Below, one piece after another: positions 15,407 through 26,590 of a DNA stretch of 64,000 bases (the first letter of the stretch is position 1; every line of letters begins with the position of its first letter). The notes beneath the pieces were generated by a model, which was given only the letters and a program-made list of their open reading frames with translations, made no database searches and was not told where the DNA came from. Source of the stretch: an uncultured Bacteroidales bacterium. GTDB lineage: Bacteria > Bacteroidota > Bacteroidia > Bacteroidales > Paludibacteraceae. Made by a program: the position numbers and the translations under genes. The stretch lies in assembly GCA_902769535.1 (NCBI GenBank), contig CACXPH010000009.1, positions 11,032 to 75,031 of the forward strand. Reading direction: 5' to 3'.

Positions 15407-15870
15407 AAAAAGCGGTTATAGGCTATGGGTTATGGGTGATAGGCCTATTGATGCTCTGCACGTCCTGCAGCACCGACACGGTCTATAGTCAATTTGTCGC
15501 GATTTCATCGGGAGAATGGCATGTGGACTCGGCGAAAGTGTTTGACTATACCATTGCTGATGCGCAACCCGGCTATCAGCTGTTGGTCTATGTGCGGCAT
15601 ACGGAGCGCTATCCGTATCAGAACATGTGGCTGTTTATTGACAACGGTGCACAGCGTGACACGATCGAGTTTTACTTAGCGGATGACCGCGGTCAATGGC
15701 TCGGCAACAAGCATCATGGTTTCATCGAGATGCCGGTGTTGCTTGAAGAGAACTATCATTATTCCGATACAGGCGCATACACGCTTTCTATCCAGCACGG
15801 CATGCGTGACAGTCTGCTGCGTGGCATTATGGATGTCGGTTTGGAGATTTCGAAAAATGGACAAGATTAA
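15403..15870 (+). CDS. gldH: gliding-motility-associated lipoprotein GldH
   Basis: 155 aa; lipoprotein signal ending [22 protein letters not shown] block; conserved position after holB-PSP1 in Bacteroidota. Confidence 0.6.
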   Translation: MKKAVIGYGLWVIGLLMLCTSCSTDTVYSQFVAISSGEWHVDSAKVFDYTIADAQPGYQLLVYVRHTERYPYQNMWLFIDNGAQRDTIEFYLADDRGQWLGNKHHGFIEMPVLLEENYHYSDTGAYTLSIQHGMRDSLLRGIMDVGLEISKNGQD

Positions 15871-15878
15871 ATCGTCCT

Positions 15879-16619
15879 ATGGGTAAGAATAAACTCAAGA
15901 AATTTGCGGAGATGGAGACCTTCTCCAATGTCTTTCAGCCGCCGTATAAACCGATGGCGGGACGTTGGCGTGAGCAGTTTTTTCATAACGACAACCCGAT
16001 AGTGCTGGAACTTGGTTGCGGTCGAGGCGAGTACACCGTAGGCTTGGCGAAGAAATATCCCGACAAGAACTTCATCGGCGTGGACATCAAAGGTGCACGC
16101 ATGTGGGCAGGAGCCAAAGAGGCGGAGTTGAACGGAATCAAGAATGCTGCTTTCCTGCGTACGCAGATAGAGTTCATCACGGAGTTCTTTGCAGCCAATG
16201 AAGTGGATGAGATATGGATTACGTTCTGTGACCCGCAGATGAAGAAAGCTACCAAGCGTCTGACTTCCACCTATTTCATGCAGCGCTACCAGCAGATCGT
16301 CAAACCGAACGGTCTCATTCATCTCAAGACCGACAGTCCGTTCCTCTATACTTATACCACGGAGATGCTGCGGCTGAACCCCTATCCTGTCGTTTGCTCG
16401 ACCGATGACTTATATGCCAAAACACTCGATTCCAACGCACTTTTTGCGGATGCGCGAGCACTGCAGACGCATTATGAGAAACAATGGCTCGATAGAGGAC
16501 TGAGTATCAAATATGTCGAATGGCATCTGTCGCCTCTGACGACTTGGGAAGAACCCACTATCGAGATAGAGAAAGACACGTACCGTTCGTACGGTCGTAA
16601 TTACAACAATCCCGAATAA
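15879..16619 (+). CDS. trmB: tRNA (guanine-N7)-methyltransferase
   Basis: 246 aa; [14 protein letters not shown]-binding motif, [15 protein letters not shown]. Confidence 0.85.
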   Translation: MGKNKLKKFAEMETFSNVFQPPYKPMAGRWREQFFHNDNPIVLELGCGRGEYTVGLAKKYPDKNFIGVDIKGARMWAGAKEAELNGIKNAAFLRTQIEFITEFFAANEVDEIWITFCDPQMKKATKRLTSTYFMQRYQQIVKPNGLIHLKTDSPFLYTYTTEMLRLNPYPVVCSTDDLYAKTLDSNALFADARALQTHYEKQWLDRGLSIKYVEWHLSPLTTWEEPTIEIEKDTYRSYGRNYNNPE

Positions 16620-17446
16620 TGCAAAAACTCTTCGTTCGCATACTGACTTGGTTAGGCATCATGGCGGTGCTGACGCTGCTCACTATGGGAGCTTGGATGA
16701 TAGTTAGTGGTGGCAGTCAGAGTACGGTGAGTCTCAAATGGTTTCAGTTCGTGCAGACGATCGGTACGTTTCTCTTGCCGCCAATCCTCTGCGCTTGGCT
16801 ATGGGATGAGAATCATAAACCTTTCCACTGGCTCCATCTGAACAAAGGAGCGGACTGGCAGTCGTTTGTACTGGCGATAGGTATCATGATCTGCGCTATA
16901 CCGGCTATCAACCTCTTGGCAGATTTAAACAGCCGTATCGATTTGCCGGATAGTCTCGATTTCATCGAACAAAAATTCAAAGCCTATGAGGCATCTGCCG
17001 CTGCTTTGACAGAGCGATTCCTGCAAGCCGATAATGTAGCCGTGTTGCTCCTCAATATCGGTTTAATGGCGCTGCTGCCGGCTTTAGCCGAAGAACTCTC
17101 TTTTCGCGGAACACTCCAGCAGTTGTTGGGTAGCAAACACCTGGCTATCTGGATCACGGCGGTAATCTTCTCGGCTATCCACATGCAGTTCTACGGTTTC
17201 ATCCCGCGCATGCTGATGGGAGCTATGTTCGGCTATGTGTTTGTATGGACCGGCAGTCTATGGGTTCCGATCGTCATGCATTTCACCAATAACGGCCTGG
17301 CCGTGTTGGCGTTTTATGTCTTCGGTACAGAAAACAGTTACGCCGACACGATAGGTGCCGGCGCAACATGGTGGTTAGGCGTGATCAGCCTGATGCTTAC
17401 ATCTCTGGGTCTACTAATATTCTACCGCAGAACTCGCAAACAATAA
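16619..17446 (+). CDS. CPBP family intramembrane glutamic endopeptidase
   Basis: 275 aa polytopic protein; EELSFRG and FSAIHM motifs of CAAX/CPBP proteases. Confidence 0.7.
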   Translation: MQKLFVRILTWLGIMAVLTLLTMGAWMIVSGGSQSTVSLKWFQFVQTIGTFLLPPILCAWLWDENHKPFHWLHLNKGADWQSFVLAIGIMICAIPAINLLADLNSRIDLPDSLDFIEQKFKAYEASAAALTERFLQADNVAVLLLNIGLMALLPALAEELSFRGTLQQLLGSKHLAIWITAVIFSAIHMQFYGFIPRMLMGAMFGYVFVWTGSLWVPIVMHFTNNGLAVLAFYVFGTENSYADTIGAGATWWLGVISLMLTSLGLLIFYRRTRKQ

Positions 17447-18131
17447 TCTTCTTGCGGGTACGGATGTCCAGTTGCAGCTGAGCAGGGATTTTTGCGTGGC
17501 AACCACCACAGGAGTCACGCTCAATCTTAACGACTGCCAGACCGTTACGTGCGCTCTTACGGATGCGCTTGAAACCGGTTAACAGACGCTCGTCCAGTTT
17601 TTTCTCCAGTTCATTTGCCTTGAGCACGAGAGCCTCGGTCTCTGCCTTAGTTTCTGCCAGAATCTGGTCGAGTTCCGAACGCTTCTGGTTCAGATCCACG
17701 GTGCGCTCCTCGATGTCCTTGGTCGTCTTAGCCTTGTCTGCCAGACGTGCCTCGAGTTCAGCACTGAAATGTTTGATCTTACGCTGCGAAGCCTCGATCT
17801 CCAACTCCTGATACTCGATCTCCTTGTTGAGGTTATCGAACTCGCGGTTGTTACGAACGCTGTTCTGCTGCTCTTTGTAGCGTGAGATAGACGCGTTGGC
17901 GTTCTCCGTACGTACGCGGTGATCCGAAATCTGCGTCTCGCACTCTTTGATGTCATTCTCGATATTAGCCAGACGGGTCTTGAGACCTTCTACTTCGTCG
18001 GCCATATCCTTCACTTCTTGCGGCAGCTCACCTGCCAATGTGCGCAAGTTATCGATCTTCGAATCCACTTGCTGTAACTCGTAGAGGTATTTCAGTTTAT
18101 CCTCTACAGTCAGTTCTTTTGCTCTTGCCAT
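17397..18131 (-). CDS. coiled-coil zinc-ribbon protein (COG1579-like)
   Basis: 244 aa; long coiled coil, then CGGCHAKIP...CEFCGRIL zinc ribbon; usual partner downstream of Nif3. Confidence 0.7.
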   Translation of the reverse strand: MARAKELTVEDKLKYLYELQQVDSKIDNLRTLAGELPQEVKDMADEVEGLKTRLANIENDIKECETQISDHRVRTENANASISRYKEQQNSVRNNREFDNLNKEIEYQELEIEASQRKIKHFSAELEARLADKAKTTKDIEERTVDLNQKRSELDQILAETKAETEALVLKANELEKKLDERLLTGFKRIRKSARNGLAVVKIERDSCGGCHAKIPAQLQLDIRTRKKIIVCEFCGRILVDPEM

Positions 18132-18883
18132 ACTTGTATTGGTGTTTTATCGTTTTTACTTATATAGGTCTTTACGCCAAGCGGTGCGAGGATGTCTGCA
18201 AATATATCGCGGGCGTGGCGCTCACTGATCCAATGGTCGATGTCAATCAGTCCGATACGTCCGTCTGCATCCTGGAACTCATGATACTTGACATCCGCCG
18301 TTAGATAGACATCGGCGCCTTGCTCGATAGCGGTCTCGATGAACTCTGCTCCGCTACCTCCGCATAAAGCCACGGTCTGTATCTGATCTTTCACGGGACG
18401 CGTATAGCGCACGTAGGTACTTTCTAATATATCGCGAATATGTTCGATGAAATCGAGATAATTCATTGGCTTTGTCAGTTGTCCGATAGCGCCTAATCCA
18501 CTCTCCGTTAACAGCCTAATATCCGTCAGTCCTAACTTCTCCGCCAGTTTTGTGTTGATGCCTCCCTCTACGGAATCGAGATTGGTATGCGCGGAATAGA
18601 TCGCGATATTGTTTTTAATCGCCATCTCCACGATGCGAGCTTGCGGCGTCTGACCGCAGACCTGTTTGAGTCCGTGGAAAAGGAGCGGATGATGACTGAT
18701 GATGAGTTGGCAATCACGTGTAATAGCCTCACTGACCACGGTTTCTGTGATGTCCGTTGTCAGGAGAACCGACGTAATGTCGCGTTCCGTGTCACCTACC
18801 TGCATTCCCGAGTTATCCCATTCTTCCTGGGCACTCCGTGGCGCTACAGATTCTATGCTATTGATAATCTCCCTAAGGAGCAC
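18110..18883 (-). CDS. Nif3-like dinuclear metal centre protein
   Basis: 257 aa; ISHHPLLF, YSAHTNLD and the C-terminal IDHW block of the NIF3/YbgI family. Confidence 0.8.
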   Translation of the reverse strand: MLLREIINSIESVAPRSAQEEWDNSGMQVGDTERDITSVLLTTDITETVVSEAITRDCQLIISHHPLLFHGLKQVCGQTPQARIVEMAIKNNIAIYSAHTNLDSVEGGINTKLAEKLGLTDIRLLTESGLGAIGQLTKPMNYLDFIEHIRDILESTYVRYTRPVKDQIQTVALCGGSGAEFIETAIEQGADVYLTADVKYHEFQDADGRIGLIDIDHWISERHARDIFADILAPLGVKTYISKNDKTPIQVWQEQKN

Positions 18884-19303
18884 TTATTTCGCTTCCTCTT
18901 CCGCCTCTTCTTCTACGGTGAAGTCCGTGATACCGGCGTTGATGAGGATGTTGTACCATTGGATGAGTTTGCGGATGTCCGATGGATAGACGCGGTCGCG
19001 GTCCCAATTCGGCAATACTTTGTCAAACCAGGCCTGCAGTTCCGCATTCGACACCTTCTTGACATCCATCGCAACAACCTTCAATCCTTCTTTCTTTCCG
19101 GCGTTGGTCAGCACTTCGCTCAGCGCGATATCATCTGCGTCCGTGAACATCGATACATCGCTCAGTGCCACGATCTTGTCACGTGCATAGGTCGGCATAC
19201 GTTTGCCGTCCACGAGAGACTCAACGATGAGCATGTTATTGCCACGACTAACGAGCTTGTACAAACCCGGTTTACCGGTGATAGCAAGGATATTTTTCAA
19301 CAT
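18884..19303 (-). CDS. DUF5606-like hypothetical protein
   Basis: Start moved to MLKNILAITGKPGLYKLVSRG. I recall this N-terminus as DUF5606, from memory only. Confidence 0.45.
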   Translation of the reverse strand: MLKNILAITGKPGLYKLVSRGNNMLIVESLVDGKRMPTYARDKIVALSDVSMFTDADDIALSEVLTNAGKKEGLKVVAMDVKKVSNAELQAWFDKVLPNWDRDRVYPSDIRKLIQWYNILINAGITDFTVEEEAEEEAK

Positions 19304-19332
19304 AAAACGCTTGTTTCTTTTAAAATCGGCTG

Positions 19333-19364
19333 CAAAATTACAATATTTTTTTGAAATATGCAAG
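19333..19364 (-). promoter_or_regulatory. Bacteroidota-type promoter for the DUF5606-Nif3 unit
   Basis: Reverse strand CTTG-N20-TAATTTTG. Confidence 0.5.
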
Positions 19365-19380
19365 AAAAGTAGTAATTTTG
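19350..19380 (+). promoter_or_regulatory. Bacteroidota-type promoter for the EamA transporter gene
   Basis: TTTG-N19-TAATTTTG, 16 nt before the ATG at 19397. Confidence 0.5.
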
Positions 19381-19396
19381 TGCCCGTTTTTGCGCT

Positions 19397-20311
19397 ATGT
19401 GGACAATTTTAGCATTCATATCCGCACTGTGTCTGGGCTTTTATGACATCAGCAAGAAGATCGCCTTACGGGATAACAAGGTGGTGGACGTGTTGACGCT
19501 CAGTATCTGTGTGTCTGCGTTGTTGCTGTCTATTCCGCTTTGGTTGTCGCGGTTGTTCCCGGAAATGATGACAGGTACGCATTTCTATGTGCCGACGCTC
19601 GATCTGCAAGCGCATCTATACACCGTTCTCAAGTCGGTCATCGTGCTCAGCAGTTGGGTATTTGCTTATATATCGCTCAAGCATTTACCGCTATCCGTGG
19701 TAAGCCCGGCACAGGCTACCCGACCGATGTGGACGCTCGTCGGCGCATTGCTCCTCTTCGGCGAGCGGCTTAATACCTGGCAGTGGATCGGTGTGCTCCT
19801 TGCTATCGGAACGATCTTCATGCTCTCGTTCAAGAACCGCTCGTCGTTGATGCACCCTACTACCTCTGCCGATAACCGCTACTATGTAGCATTGGCATTA
19901 GCCATACTCATCGGCGCTTGTTCGGGATTGTACGACAAATACCTTATGCGGCGCTATGACCATAATGCCGTGCAGGTCTATTATACCTTCTATCAGGCGA
20001 TCATGATGATCATCGTGTGGTTGATTGCAAATCATAAATCTAAAATCAAAAACCTAAAATCTATCAAAAATAGTTGGGTAATTGTCTTGATTAGCCTGTT
20101 TTTGATCGTCTCTGACAATGTGTATATGTTGGCGCTGCGTGATCCGGACTCGCTCATCGCGGTGGTCAGCACCATTCGTCGAGGAGGTGCCGTGATAGGC
20201 TTTGCCTATGGATTGCTCTTCCTCAAAGAACCCGATCCGTGGCGTAAAGTAGTCAGTATGATCGGTATCTGTGCCGGCTTAATATGCCTTGCAATAGGTT
20301 CTATTGCATGA
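19397..20311 (+). CDS. EamA/DMT family transporter
   Basis: 304 aa with about 10 hydrophobic helices in two halves; carries an in-frame NHKSKIKNLKSIKN insert. Confidence 0.65.
   Translation: MWTILAFISALCLGFYDISKKIALRDNKVVDVLTLSICVSALLLSIPLWLSRLFPEMMTGTHFYVPTLDLQAHLYTVLKSVIVLSSWVFAYISLKHLPLSVVSPAQATRPMWTLVGALLLFGERLNTWQWIGVLLAIGTIFMLSFKNRSSLMHPTTSADNRYYVALALAILIGACSGLYDKYLMRRYDHNAVQVYYTFYQAIMMIIVWLIANHKSKIKNLKSIKNSWVIVLISLFLIVSDNVYMLALRDPDSLIAVVSTIRRGGAVIGFAYGLLFLKEPDPWRKVVSMIGICAGLICLAIGSIA
20030..20071. repeat. in-frame heptamer tract (AATCATA-like x6, 42 nt) inside the EamA gene
   Basis: AATCATA AATCTAA AATCAAA AACCTAA AATCTAT CAAAAAT; the first 19 nt are identical to the tract at 11916. 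Confidence 0.85.
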
Positions 20312-20325
20312 TTTTTTTGCATAAA

Positions 20326-20358
20326 ATTTGTATATGTCAAATTTTTGTAGTAATTTTG
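20326..20358 (+). promoter_or_regulatory. Bacteroidota-type promoter for the beta-barrel gene
   Basis: TTTG-N21-TAATTTTG. Confidence 0.5.
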
Positions 20359-20383
20359 CACGAAATTTGAATTTATAAACCAG

Positions 20384-21121
20384 ATGAAACGGTATTTATC
20401 CATTTTTGTTATAAGCTTACTGGCTGTAAGTGCAATGGCAGCAGACCTGCCCAAGCAGGGTTTTGGTTTGCAGATAGGCTATGCGCAGCCGATATTGCGT
20501 TTGAACTCTCCGAGTACTTCCTATCCCAAGGATTCGCTTGTGAATATCACCAAACTCCACGGCTTAAAAGTAGGCGTGGTATACGATGGTAGCTTTGCTA
20601 AAGGGTTCGGTACCTCGGTGGGTATCAACTATACGTTCGCAACGAAGCAGAACAATTGGAGTAGCGTGACGAGTTTTACACGTTTTCCGGAGAGCCGCTC
20701 TCAGATGATGTATCACCAGATTGAGGTGTTTGCCGACTGGCAGTACAAGTTTGAGATTGCGAAGGAGACCTACGTTATGCTCTTTTCCGGTCCGACAATC
20801 CAGTACGGTATTGCGTTTACCCAAAAGAACGAGCAGCGTCTGGATGAGAGCGGTTCAATCAGTCTCACCGAGAACGTAAACCGTTACGGTAAGGAAAGTC
20901 CCAATACCGATTTGCGTCATTTTAACGTCACATGGGGTGTCGGAGCCGGATTCCAATACCAGCGTTATTTCCTGCGCGGTGGGTATGACTTCGGTTTGAT
21001 CAATCCGTATGCGAATGCTCAATTCGTCAATCCCTTGACCGGCGCGACGATAGACCGGAACACGCGCGGACGATTGGATCAGTGGGAGATTAAGATCGGC
21101 GCTTATCTTTGGTACAAGTAA
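20384..21121 (+). CDS. outer-membrane beta-barrel protein
   Basis: 245 aa; signal peptide, alternating aromatic/polar strands, C-terminal ...IGAYLWYK. Confidence 0.5.
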   Translation: MKRYLSIFVISLLAVSAMAADLPKQGFGLQIGYAQPILRLNSPSTSYPKDSLVNITKLHGLKVGVVYDGSFAKGFGTSVGINYTFATKQNNWSSVTSFTRFPESRSQMMYHQIEVFADWQYKFEIAKETYVMLFSGPTIQYGIAFTQKNEQRLDESGSISLTENVNRYGKESPNTDLRHFNVTWGVGAGFQYQRYFLRGGYDFGLINPYANAQFVNPLTGATIDRNTRGRLDQWEIKIGAYLWYK

Positions 21122-21124
21122 TCT

Positions 21125-22216
21125 ATGGAACTACTGCTATTATTTTTATTTGGCGCGATGGCCATCAGCTTCCTGTGTTCCGTGCTGGAATCGGTGCTGA
21201 TGTCAACGACCATTAGTTATATCAACCTGCGCGAGGAGGAGGGCTATGCTCCTGCCAAACTGATGAGCAGTTATAAGGAAGACACAGGTCGTCCTTTGGC
21301 GGCTATCCTCTCGCTCAACACGATAGCCAATACCATCGGTGCGGCAGGTGTCGGTATGCAGGTGACAGCAGTGTTCGGTAATAAATGGTTTGGTTTGTTC
21401 TCTGCACTTACTACGATCCTCATTCTCTTCTTCGGTGAGATCATTCCGAAAGTGATTGGCACAACCTATTGGCGTCAGTTAATGGGCTTTACCGCGCGTA
21501 CGATCCATGCGCTGATCTTTATCCTCTATCCTTTAGTGTGGTTGGTAGAACTGATCACGCGTATGGTACCGGACAATGAAGACGAACCCTCTGTGAGTCG
21601 TGAAGAGGTGCTGTCCATGGTTAATGTGGGCGAAGAAGAAGGTGTGGTGGACGAAGACGAGAATAAGATCTTCAGCAATCTCATGCGGCTGGATTCTATC
21701 CATGCATACGATGTGATGACCCCGCGTGTGGTAGCGAAGATAGCGCCGGAAAATATGACGCTCCGCGCCTACTATGACAACGATGAATACGACCATTTCT
21801 CGCGTATTCCGCTGTATAAACCCGAATCACCGGAGTATATCACGGGCTATGTATTGCGAAACGATGCCTTGGAGGAGTTGACCGAAGACCATTTCCGCAA
21901 GACCCTTGGTGGCATTAAGCGTTCCTTACCGGCTTTTGATCAGGATCTGACACTTGGTACTATCTTTGATAGTATGCTCAAGCAGAAGAGCCAGATTGCG
22001 CAGATCATCGACGAGTACGGTATGTTCGTCGGTATCCTGACGCTGGAGGATATCATCGAGACCATCTTCGGTCTGGAGATCATTGACGAGAACGATACGG
22101 TCATCGACATGCAGCAGTATGCCCGTGAACGTTGGGAACAACGCCAGAAGAAATACAAGAAACTCAATGAAGTTAAAGAGCGACATACGGATTCTAAACA
22201 AGAAAGCGAAGTTTGA
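21125..22216 (+). CDS. CNNM (DUF21)-CBS domain transporter, hemolysin-C-like
   Basis: 363 aa; N-terminal four-TM DUF21 region followed by a CBS pair (DVMTPR..., [10 protein letters not shown]). Confidence 0.75.
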   Translation: MELLLLFLFGAMAISFLCSVLESVLMSTTISYINLREEEGYAPAKLMSSYKEDTGRPLAAILSLNTIANTIGAAGVGMQVTAVFGNKWFGLFSALTTILILFFGEIIPKVIGTTYWRQLMGFTARTIHALIFILYPLVWLVELITRMVPDNEDEPSVSREEVLSMVNVGEEEGVVDEDENKIFSNLMRLDSIHAYDVMTPRVVAKIAPENMTLRAYYDNDEYDHFSRIPLYKPESPEYITGYVLRNDALEELTEDHFRKTLGGIKRSLPAFDQDLTLGTIFDSMLKQKSQIAQIIDEYGMFVGILTLEDIIETIFGLEIIDENDTVIDMQQYARERWEQRQKKYKKLNEVKERHTDSKQESEV

Positions 22217-22631
22217 ATACATCATTCTTGACCGTTATATAGCCGGCATCCAGCTCTTTGGCACGGAGATCAAATCCATTCGTGAGGGCAAGGCATCGCT
22301 GGTAGATAGTTATTGTACGGTGGAGCACGGCGAGATGTATGTCAAGCAGATGCATATAGCGGAGTATCGTTTCGGCAGTTATGCGAACCATGACTCCAAG
22401 CGAGACCGCAAACTGCTGCTGCAACGTCGTGAGATACGTAAACTCGAGAAAGCAACGAAGGATACCGGCAAAACCATCATCCCTTTGGAACTCTTTATCA
22501 ACGAGAAGGGGCTGGCGAAGATGGAAATAGCGCTTTGTCAAGGAAAGCATACTTACGACAAACGTCAGTCTCTCCGCGAAGCGGATGACAAGAAACAGAT
22601 GGATCAATTAAAAAAACGAATATATGAGTAA
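22167..22631 (+). CDS. smpB: SsrA-binding protein
   Basis: [35 protein letters not shown] matches the SmpB N-terminus. Start set at MKLKSD, which overlaps the upstream gene by 50 nt. Confidence 0.85.
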   Translation: MKLKSDIRILNKKAKFEYIILDRYIAGIQLFGTEIKSIREGKASLVDSYCTVEHGEMYVKQMHIAEYRFGSYANHDSKRDRKLLLQRREIRKLEKATKDTGKTIIPLELFINEKGLAKMEIALCQGKHTYDKRQSLREADDKKQMDQLKKRIYE

Positions 22632-24150
22632 AGCATTATTAATGATTTTGGACGGATGGGGTATCGGCAAGAAAGATCAGGCTGATGCTATTTCCTGCAC
22701 GTCCACTCCGCATTGGGATGCGCTGTTGGCAAAGTACCCGAATTCACAATTACAAGCGAGCGGAGAGAACGTCGGTCTGCCGGACGGACAGATGGGTAAC
22801 TCCGAGGTGGGTCACCTTAATATCGGTGCCGGTCGTGTGGTTTACCAGGACTTGGTGAAGATCAACCGTGCTTGTAAGGACGGTAGTATTCTGGATAATC
22901 CCGAAATCAAAGCCGTGTTCAGTTATGCCAAGGAGGCGGGCAAGAAGATCCATTTTATGGGTCTGACCTCGGACGGCGGTGTCCACTCGAGCCTTGAGCA
23001 CCTCTTCTATCTCTGCGACATTGCAGCCAAGTACGGTCTGCAAGGTAAGACCTTCATTCATTGCTTCATGGACGGTCGTGATACCGACCCGCGTTCGGGT
23101 ATCGGTTTCATTGATCAACTCGAAGCCCATTGCGCGAAATCTGCCGGTGAGATCGCTTCTATCATCGGCCGTTTCTATGCGATGGACCGTGACAAACGCT
23201 GGGAGCGTGTGAAGGTAGGTTATGACCTGCTCGTGAACGGTCAAGGTGAAGCGTTTGAGTCGATGCACAAGGCGATGGAAGCCAGTTATGCAGCCGACGT
23301 GACGGATGAGTTCATCAAACCGATCGTGCGCGTGCGTGACGGCAAGCCGCTGGCAACAATCGAAGAAGGTGATGCTGTTATTTTCTTCAACTACCGTAAC
23401 GACCGTGCTAAAGAGATCACGATCGCGCTGACTCAACAAGATATGCCGGAGAACGGTATGAAGACTATTCCGAACCTGCATTACTGCTGCATGACGCCGT
23501 ATGATTCTTCGTTCCAAGGTCTGCATGTGCTGTTCCCGAAAGAGAACGTAACCAATACCCTCGGAGAGGTAGTCAGTAAATTAGGTATGAAGCAGTTGCG
23601 TATCGCTGAGACGGAGAAGTTTGCACACGTTACCTTCTTCTTCAACGGCGGCCGTGAGGCGGAGTTCGAGAACGAGGACCGTATTTTAATTCCGAGTCCG
23701 AAAGTAGCTACCTACGACCTGCAACCGATGATGTCTGCGCCGGAAGTGACCATTGCGCTGCGTGACGCACTCAACAGCCAGAAATACGACTGCATCATCC
23801 TCAACTACGCCAATGGTGACATGGTAGGTCATACAGGAGTTTATAACTCTATCCAACAGGCTATCACCGCCATTGATATCTGCGTAAACGAGACCGTTGA
23901 AGCAGCGCTGCGTAACGGATACGAGGTGATTATTATTGCCGATCACGGTAACTGCGACAATGCTATCAATGCGGATGGTACACCTAATACCGCGCACTCC
24001 CTCAATCCGGTTCCGTTCGTATATATATCAAAGGATCACACGGACGCACGCGTAGAGAACGGTATTCTCGCCGATGTGGCGCCGTCCATCTGCCATATCT
24101 TGGGCATCCAACAACCTCAAGAGATGACAGGACATAGCTTGATACACTAA
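22624..24150 (+). CDS. gpmI: 2,3-bisphosphoglycerate-independent phosphoglycerate mutase
   Basis: 508 aa; [27 protein letters not shown] motifs. Confidence 0.95.
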   Translation: MSKALLMILDGWGIGKKDQADAISCTSTPHWDALLAKYPNSQLQASGENVGLPDGQMGNSEVGHLNIGAGRVVYQDLVKINRACKDGSILDNPEIKAVFSYAKEAGKKIHFMGLTSDGGVHSSLEHLFYLCDIAAKYGLQGKTFIHCFMDGRDTDPRSGIGFIDQLEAHCAKSAGEIASIIGRFYAMDRDKRWERVKVGYDLLVNGQGEAFESMHKAMEASYAADVTDEFIKPIVRVRDGKPLATIEEGDAVIFFNYRNDRAKEITIALTQQDMPENGMKTIPNLHYCCMTPYDSSFQGLHVLFPKENVTNTLGEVVSKLGMKQLRIAETEKFAHVTFFFNGGREAEFENEDRILIPSPKVATYDLQPMMSAPEVTIALRDALNSQKYDCIILNYANGDMVGHTGVYNSIQQAITAIDICVNETVEAALRNGYEVIIIADHGNCDNAINADGTPNTAHSLNPVPFVYISKDHTDARVENGILADVAPSICHILGIQQPQEMTGHSLIH

Positions 24151-24153
24151 AAA

Positions 24154-24187
24154 GAAAGCGGCCCGAAAGGGTCGCTTCTTTTTTTTG
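24154..24187. terminator. bidirectional rho-independent terminator between gpmI and topA
   Basis: GCGGCCC-GAAA-GGGTCGC hairpin flanked by an A-run upstream and a T-run downstream. Confidence 0.8.
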
Positions 24188-24192
24188 AATGA

Positions 24193-26511
24193 TTATTTCT
24201 TGCTGCGGTTATAGCCGCGTTTCCCGGGCTTGAGCGGTTCGGACTGTGCAATGATTTGCTTCACTTCCGCCTCCGTCAATGCCGCTGCGTCGGTACTCTT
24301 TGGCAGACGGTAGTTGCCTTCCGGTGTATGGATATACAGGCCGTACTTACTGCGCAGCACTTGGATGTCTCCCCATGCATGAACGGGTAATGCACTCTGG
24401 CGTTTCTCTTCAATCAGCGCAATGGCTTCTTCCGGCTTCAGACTCAGCGGGTCTTTACCGCGCGGGATAGAGATATAGAGTTTGTCATAGTGTACATACG
24501 GACCGTATTTGCCTTCACCTACGATCATCTCTTTTCCCTCGTATTCACCGAGCGAGTACGGTAATGCATTTTGGAATAGTTCCAATGCTTCACTCAGTGT
24601 AATCGTATAGATAGACTGTCCTTTCTTGAGGCTGGCGAATTTCGGTTTCTCCTTGGTCGAGTCGCCTAACTGTACGCACGGACCGATTTTGCTGATCTTG
24701 GCAATAACCGGCAGGCCTGTTTCGGGATCTTCACCTAACACGCGACCTTCAACTTTTCCTGATGGAATCGAAGAAAGTAATGGTTGGAAGGTCTTGTAGA
24801 ACGCATCGACGGTCTGTACCCAATCGGCACGTCCTACAGCTATCTTATCAAACTGCTCTTCCTCGTTTGCCGTGAAGTCATAACTGAGGATAGTCGGGAA
24901 ATGCTCCACTAAGAAATCATTGGTGATATATCCCAAGTCGGTCGGCATGAATCGTTGGGCCTCTGCGCCGTACAGTTCACTCTTCTGTTTCTCCATCACC
25001 ATGCCGTTTTTGAGCGTCAGTATCGCAATATCGCGCTTAATACCCGGAACGGAACCTTTCTCGACATACTTAACCTTTTGGATGGTCTCAATAATAGTGG
25101 CATATGTAGAAGGACGACCGATACCTAACTCCTCCATACGTTTCACGAGCGTGGCGTCGTTATAGCGGAAAGGCGGCTTGGCATAGGTCTGAACAGCCTC
25201 TGCGTTCACTAACTTCAGTCGCTCACGTTGCGCCATTGCCGGCAATATACGACGCTCTTCCTCTTCATCGTCCGTGGACTGCACATAGACGCGTGTGAAA
25301 CCGTCGAAAAGAACTACTTCACCTGTTGCTACGAACGCGTATTTCGAACCGTGAACAGATACCTCAATGGTCGTCTTTTCGGTTTCTGCTTCAGCCATTT
25401 GTGAAGCAATGGTGCGTTTCCATATCAACTCGTACAGGCGCTGCTCATCCTTTGTAGCTCCGGCACTGAGCGTACTCATATACGTCGGACGAATGGCCTC
25501 GTGTGCCTCTTGCGCACCCTTGGTTTTTGTGCGGAACTGGCGGGTGTGTACATACTCTTTGCCGAACTGCTGTGTGATAACCTCTTTGGAGGTAGCCAAC
25601 GCTAAGGTGGACAGGTTAACCGAGTCGGTACGCATGTAGGTAATCAATCCGTGCTCATATAGCGACTGCGCCAAACGCATTGTCTTTGAAACGGTGAATT
25701 TCAACTTACGCGCTGCCTCCTGTTGCATAGAGGAGGTAGTGAAAGGTGCTGGCGGCATATGCGTTACCGGTTTGCGTTGTACGTCGCGTACGATGAACTG
25801 TGCCGAATTGAGACTCTCTAAGAACTCTATCGCATCTTTCTTGTGCGAAAAACGATGGTTCAGTTCACACTTAAGCACCGAAGCATCACCCGGATTTACT
25901 CCGATGAAATCGGCAAAAACACGATATGCGGATGAAGCACGGAAGGCTTCAATCTCACGCTCTTTCTCAACAATCAAACGAACTGCCACTGACTGCACAC
26001 GACCAGCAGAAAGACCGGTTGTCACTTTCTTCCAGAGGATAGGACTCAGTTCAAAACCCACGATACGGTCGAGCACACGACGTGCCTGCTGGGCATTCAC
26101 CAGATTATAGTCGATATCACGCGGATGCTCGATGGCTTCCAAGATAGCCGGCTTGGTAATCTCATGGAATACGATACGTTTGGTATCTTTGTTCTGCAAA
26201 CCCAATACCTCTTTGAGATGCCATGCAATAGCCTCTCCCTCGCGGTCCTCATCGGATGCCAACCAAACGGTATCCGCTTTCTTCGCTTCGCGCTGCAACT
26301 GCTCAATCAGATGCGCTTTCTTGGCGTCAACTGCGTAATGCGGTTCGTAACCGTGCTCAAAATCAATGCCTAATGAGTTCTTACCAATCGGTTCAATATC
26401 GCGTACGTGACCTTGACTGCTTAGAACTTCATAGTCTTTCCCAAGAAACTTACCAATGGTATCCGCCTTGTGCGGAGACTCTACTATAACCAAATTTTTA
26501 CCCATATGCAC
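24193..26511 (-). CDS. topA: DNA topoisomerase I
   Basis: 772 aa; Toprim N-terminus (LVIVESPHKA, DEDREGE) and the ITYMRTDS active-site tyrosine block. Confidence 0.95.
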   Translation of the reverse strand: MHMGKNLVIVESPHKADTIGKFLGKDYEVLSSQGHVRDIEPIGKNSLGIDFEHGYEPHYAVDAKKAHLIEQLQREAKKADTVWLASDEDREGEAIAWHLKEVLGLQNKDTKRIVFHEITKPAILEAIEHPRDIDYNLVNAQQARRVLDRIVGFELSPILWKKVTTGLSAGRVQSVAVRLIVEKEREIEAFRASSAYRVFADFIGVNPGDASVLKCELNHRFSHKKDAIEFLESLNSAQFIVRDVQRKPVTHMPPAPFTTSSMQQEAARKLKFTVSKTMRLAQSLYEHGLITYMRTDSVNLSTLALATSKEVITQQFGKEYVHTRQFRTKTKGAQEAHEAIRPTYMSTLSAGATKDEQRLYELIWKRTIASQMAEAETEKTTIEVSVHGSKYAFVATGEVVLFDGFTRVYVQSTDDEEEERRILPAMAQRERLKLVNAEAVQTYAKPPFRYNDATLVKRMEELGIGRPSTYATIIETIQKVKYVEKGSVPGIKRDIAILTLKNGMVMEKQKSELYGAEAQRFMPTDLGYITNDFLVEHFPTILSYDFTANEEEQFDKIAVGRADWVQTVDAFYKTFQPLLSSIPSGKVEGRVLGEDPETGLPVIAKISKIGPCVQLGDSTKEKPKFASLKKGQSIYTITLSEALELFQNALPYSLGEYEGKEMIVGEGKYGPYVHYDKLYISIPRGKDPLSLKPEEAIALIEEKRQSALPVHAWGDIQVLRSKYGLYIHTPEGNYRLPKSTDAAALTEAEVKQIIAQSEPLKPGKRGYNRSKK

Positions 26512-26545
26512 TATATAATAAGGTGTGCCCTCAAAAAATCGGCTG

Positions 26546-26577
26546 CAAAAGTAGTATAAAAAAATTATTTGTGCAAA
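26546..26577 (-). promoter_or_regulatory. Bacteroidota-type promoter for topA
   Basis: Reverse strand TTTG-N20-TACTTTTG followed by CAGCCGATTTTTTG. Confidence 0.55.
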
Positions 26578-26590
26578 TTTTTTTTATTCG

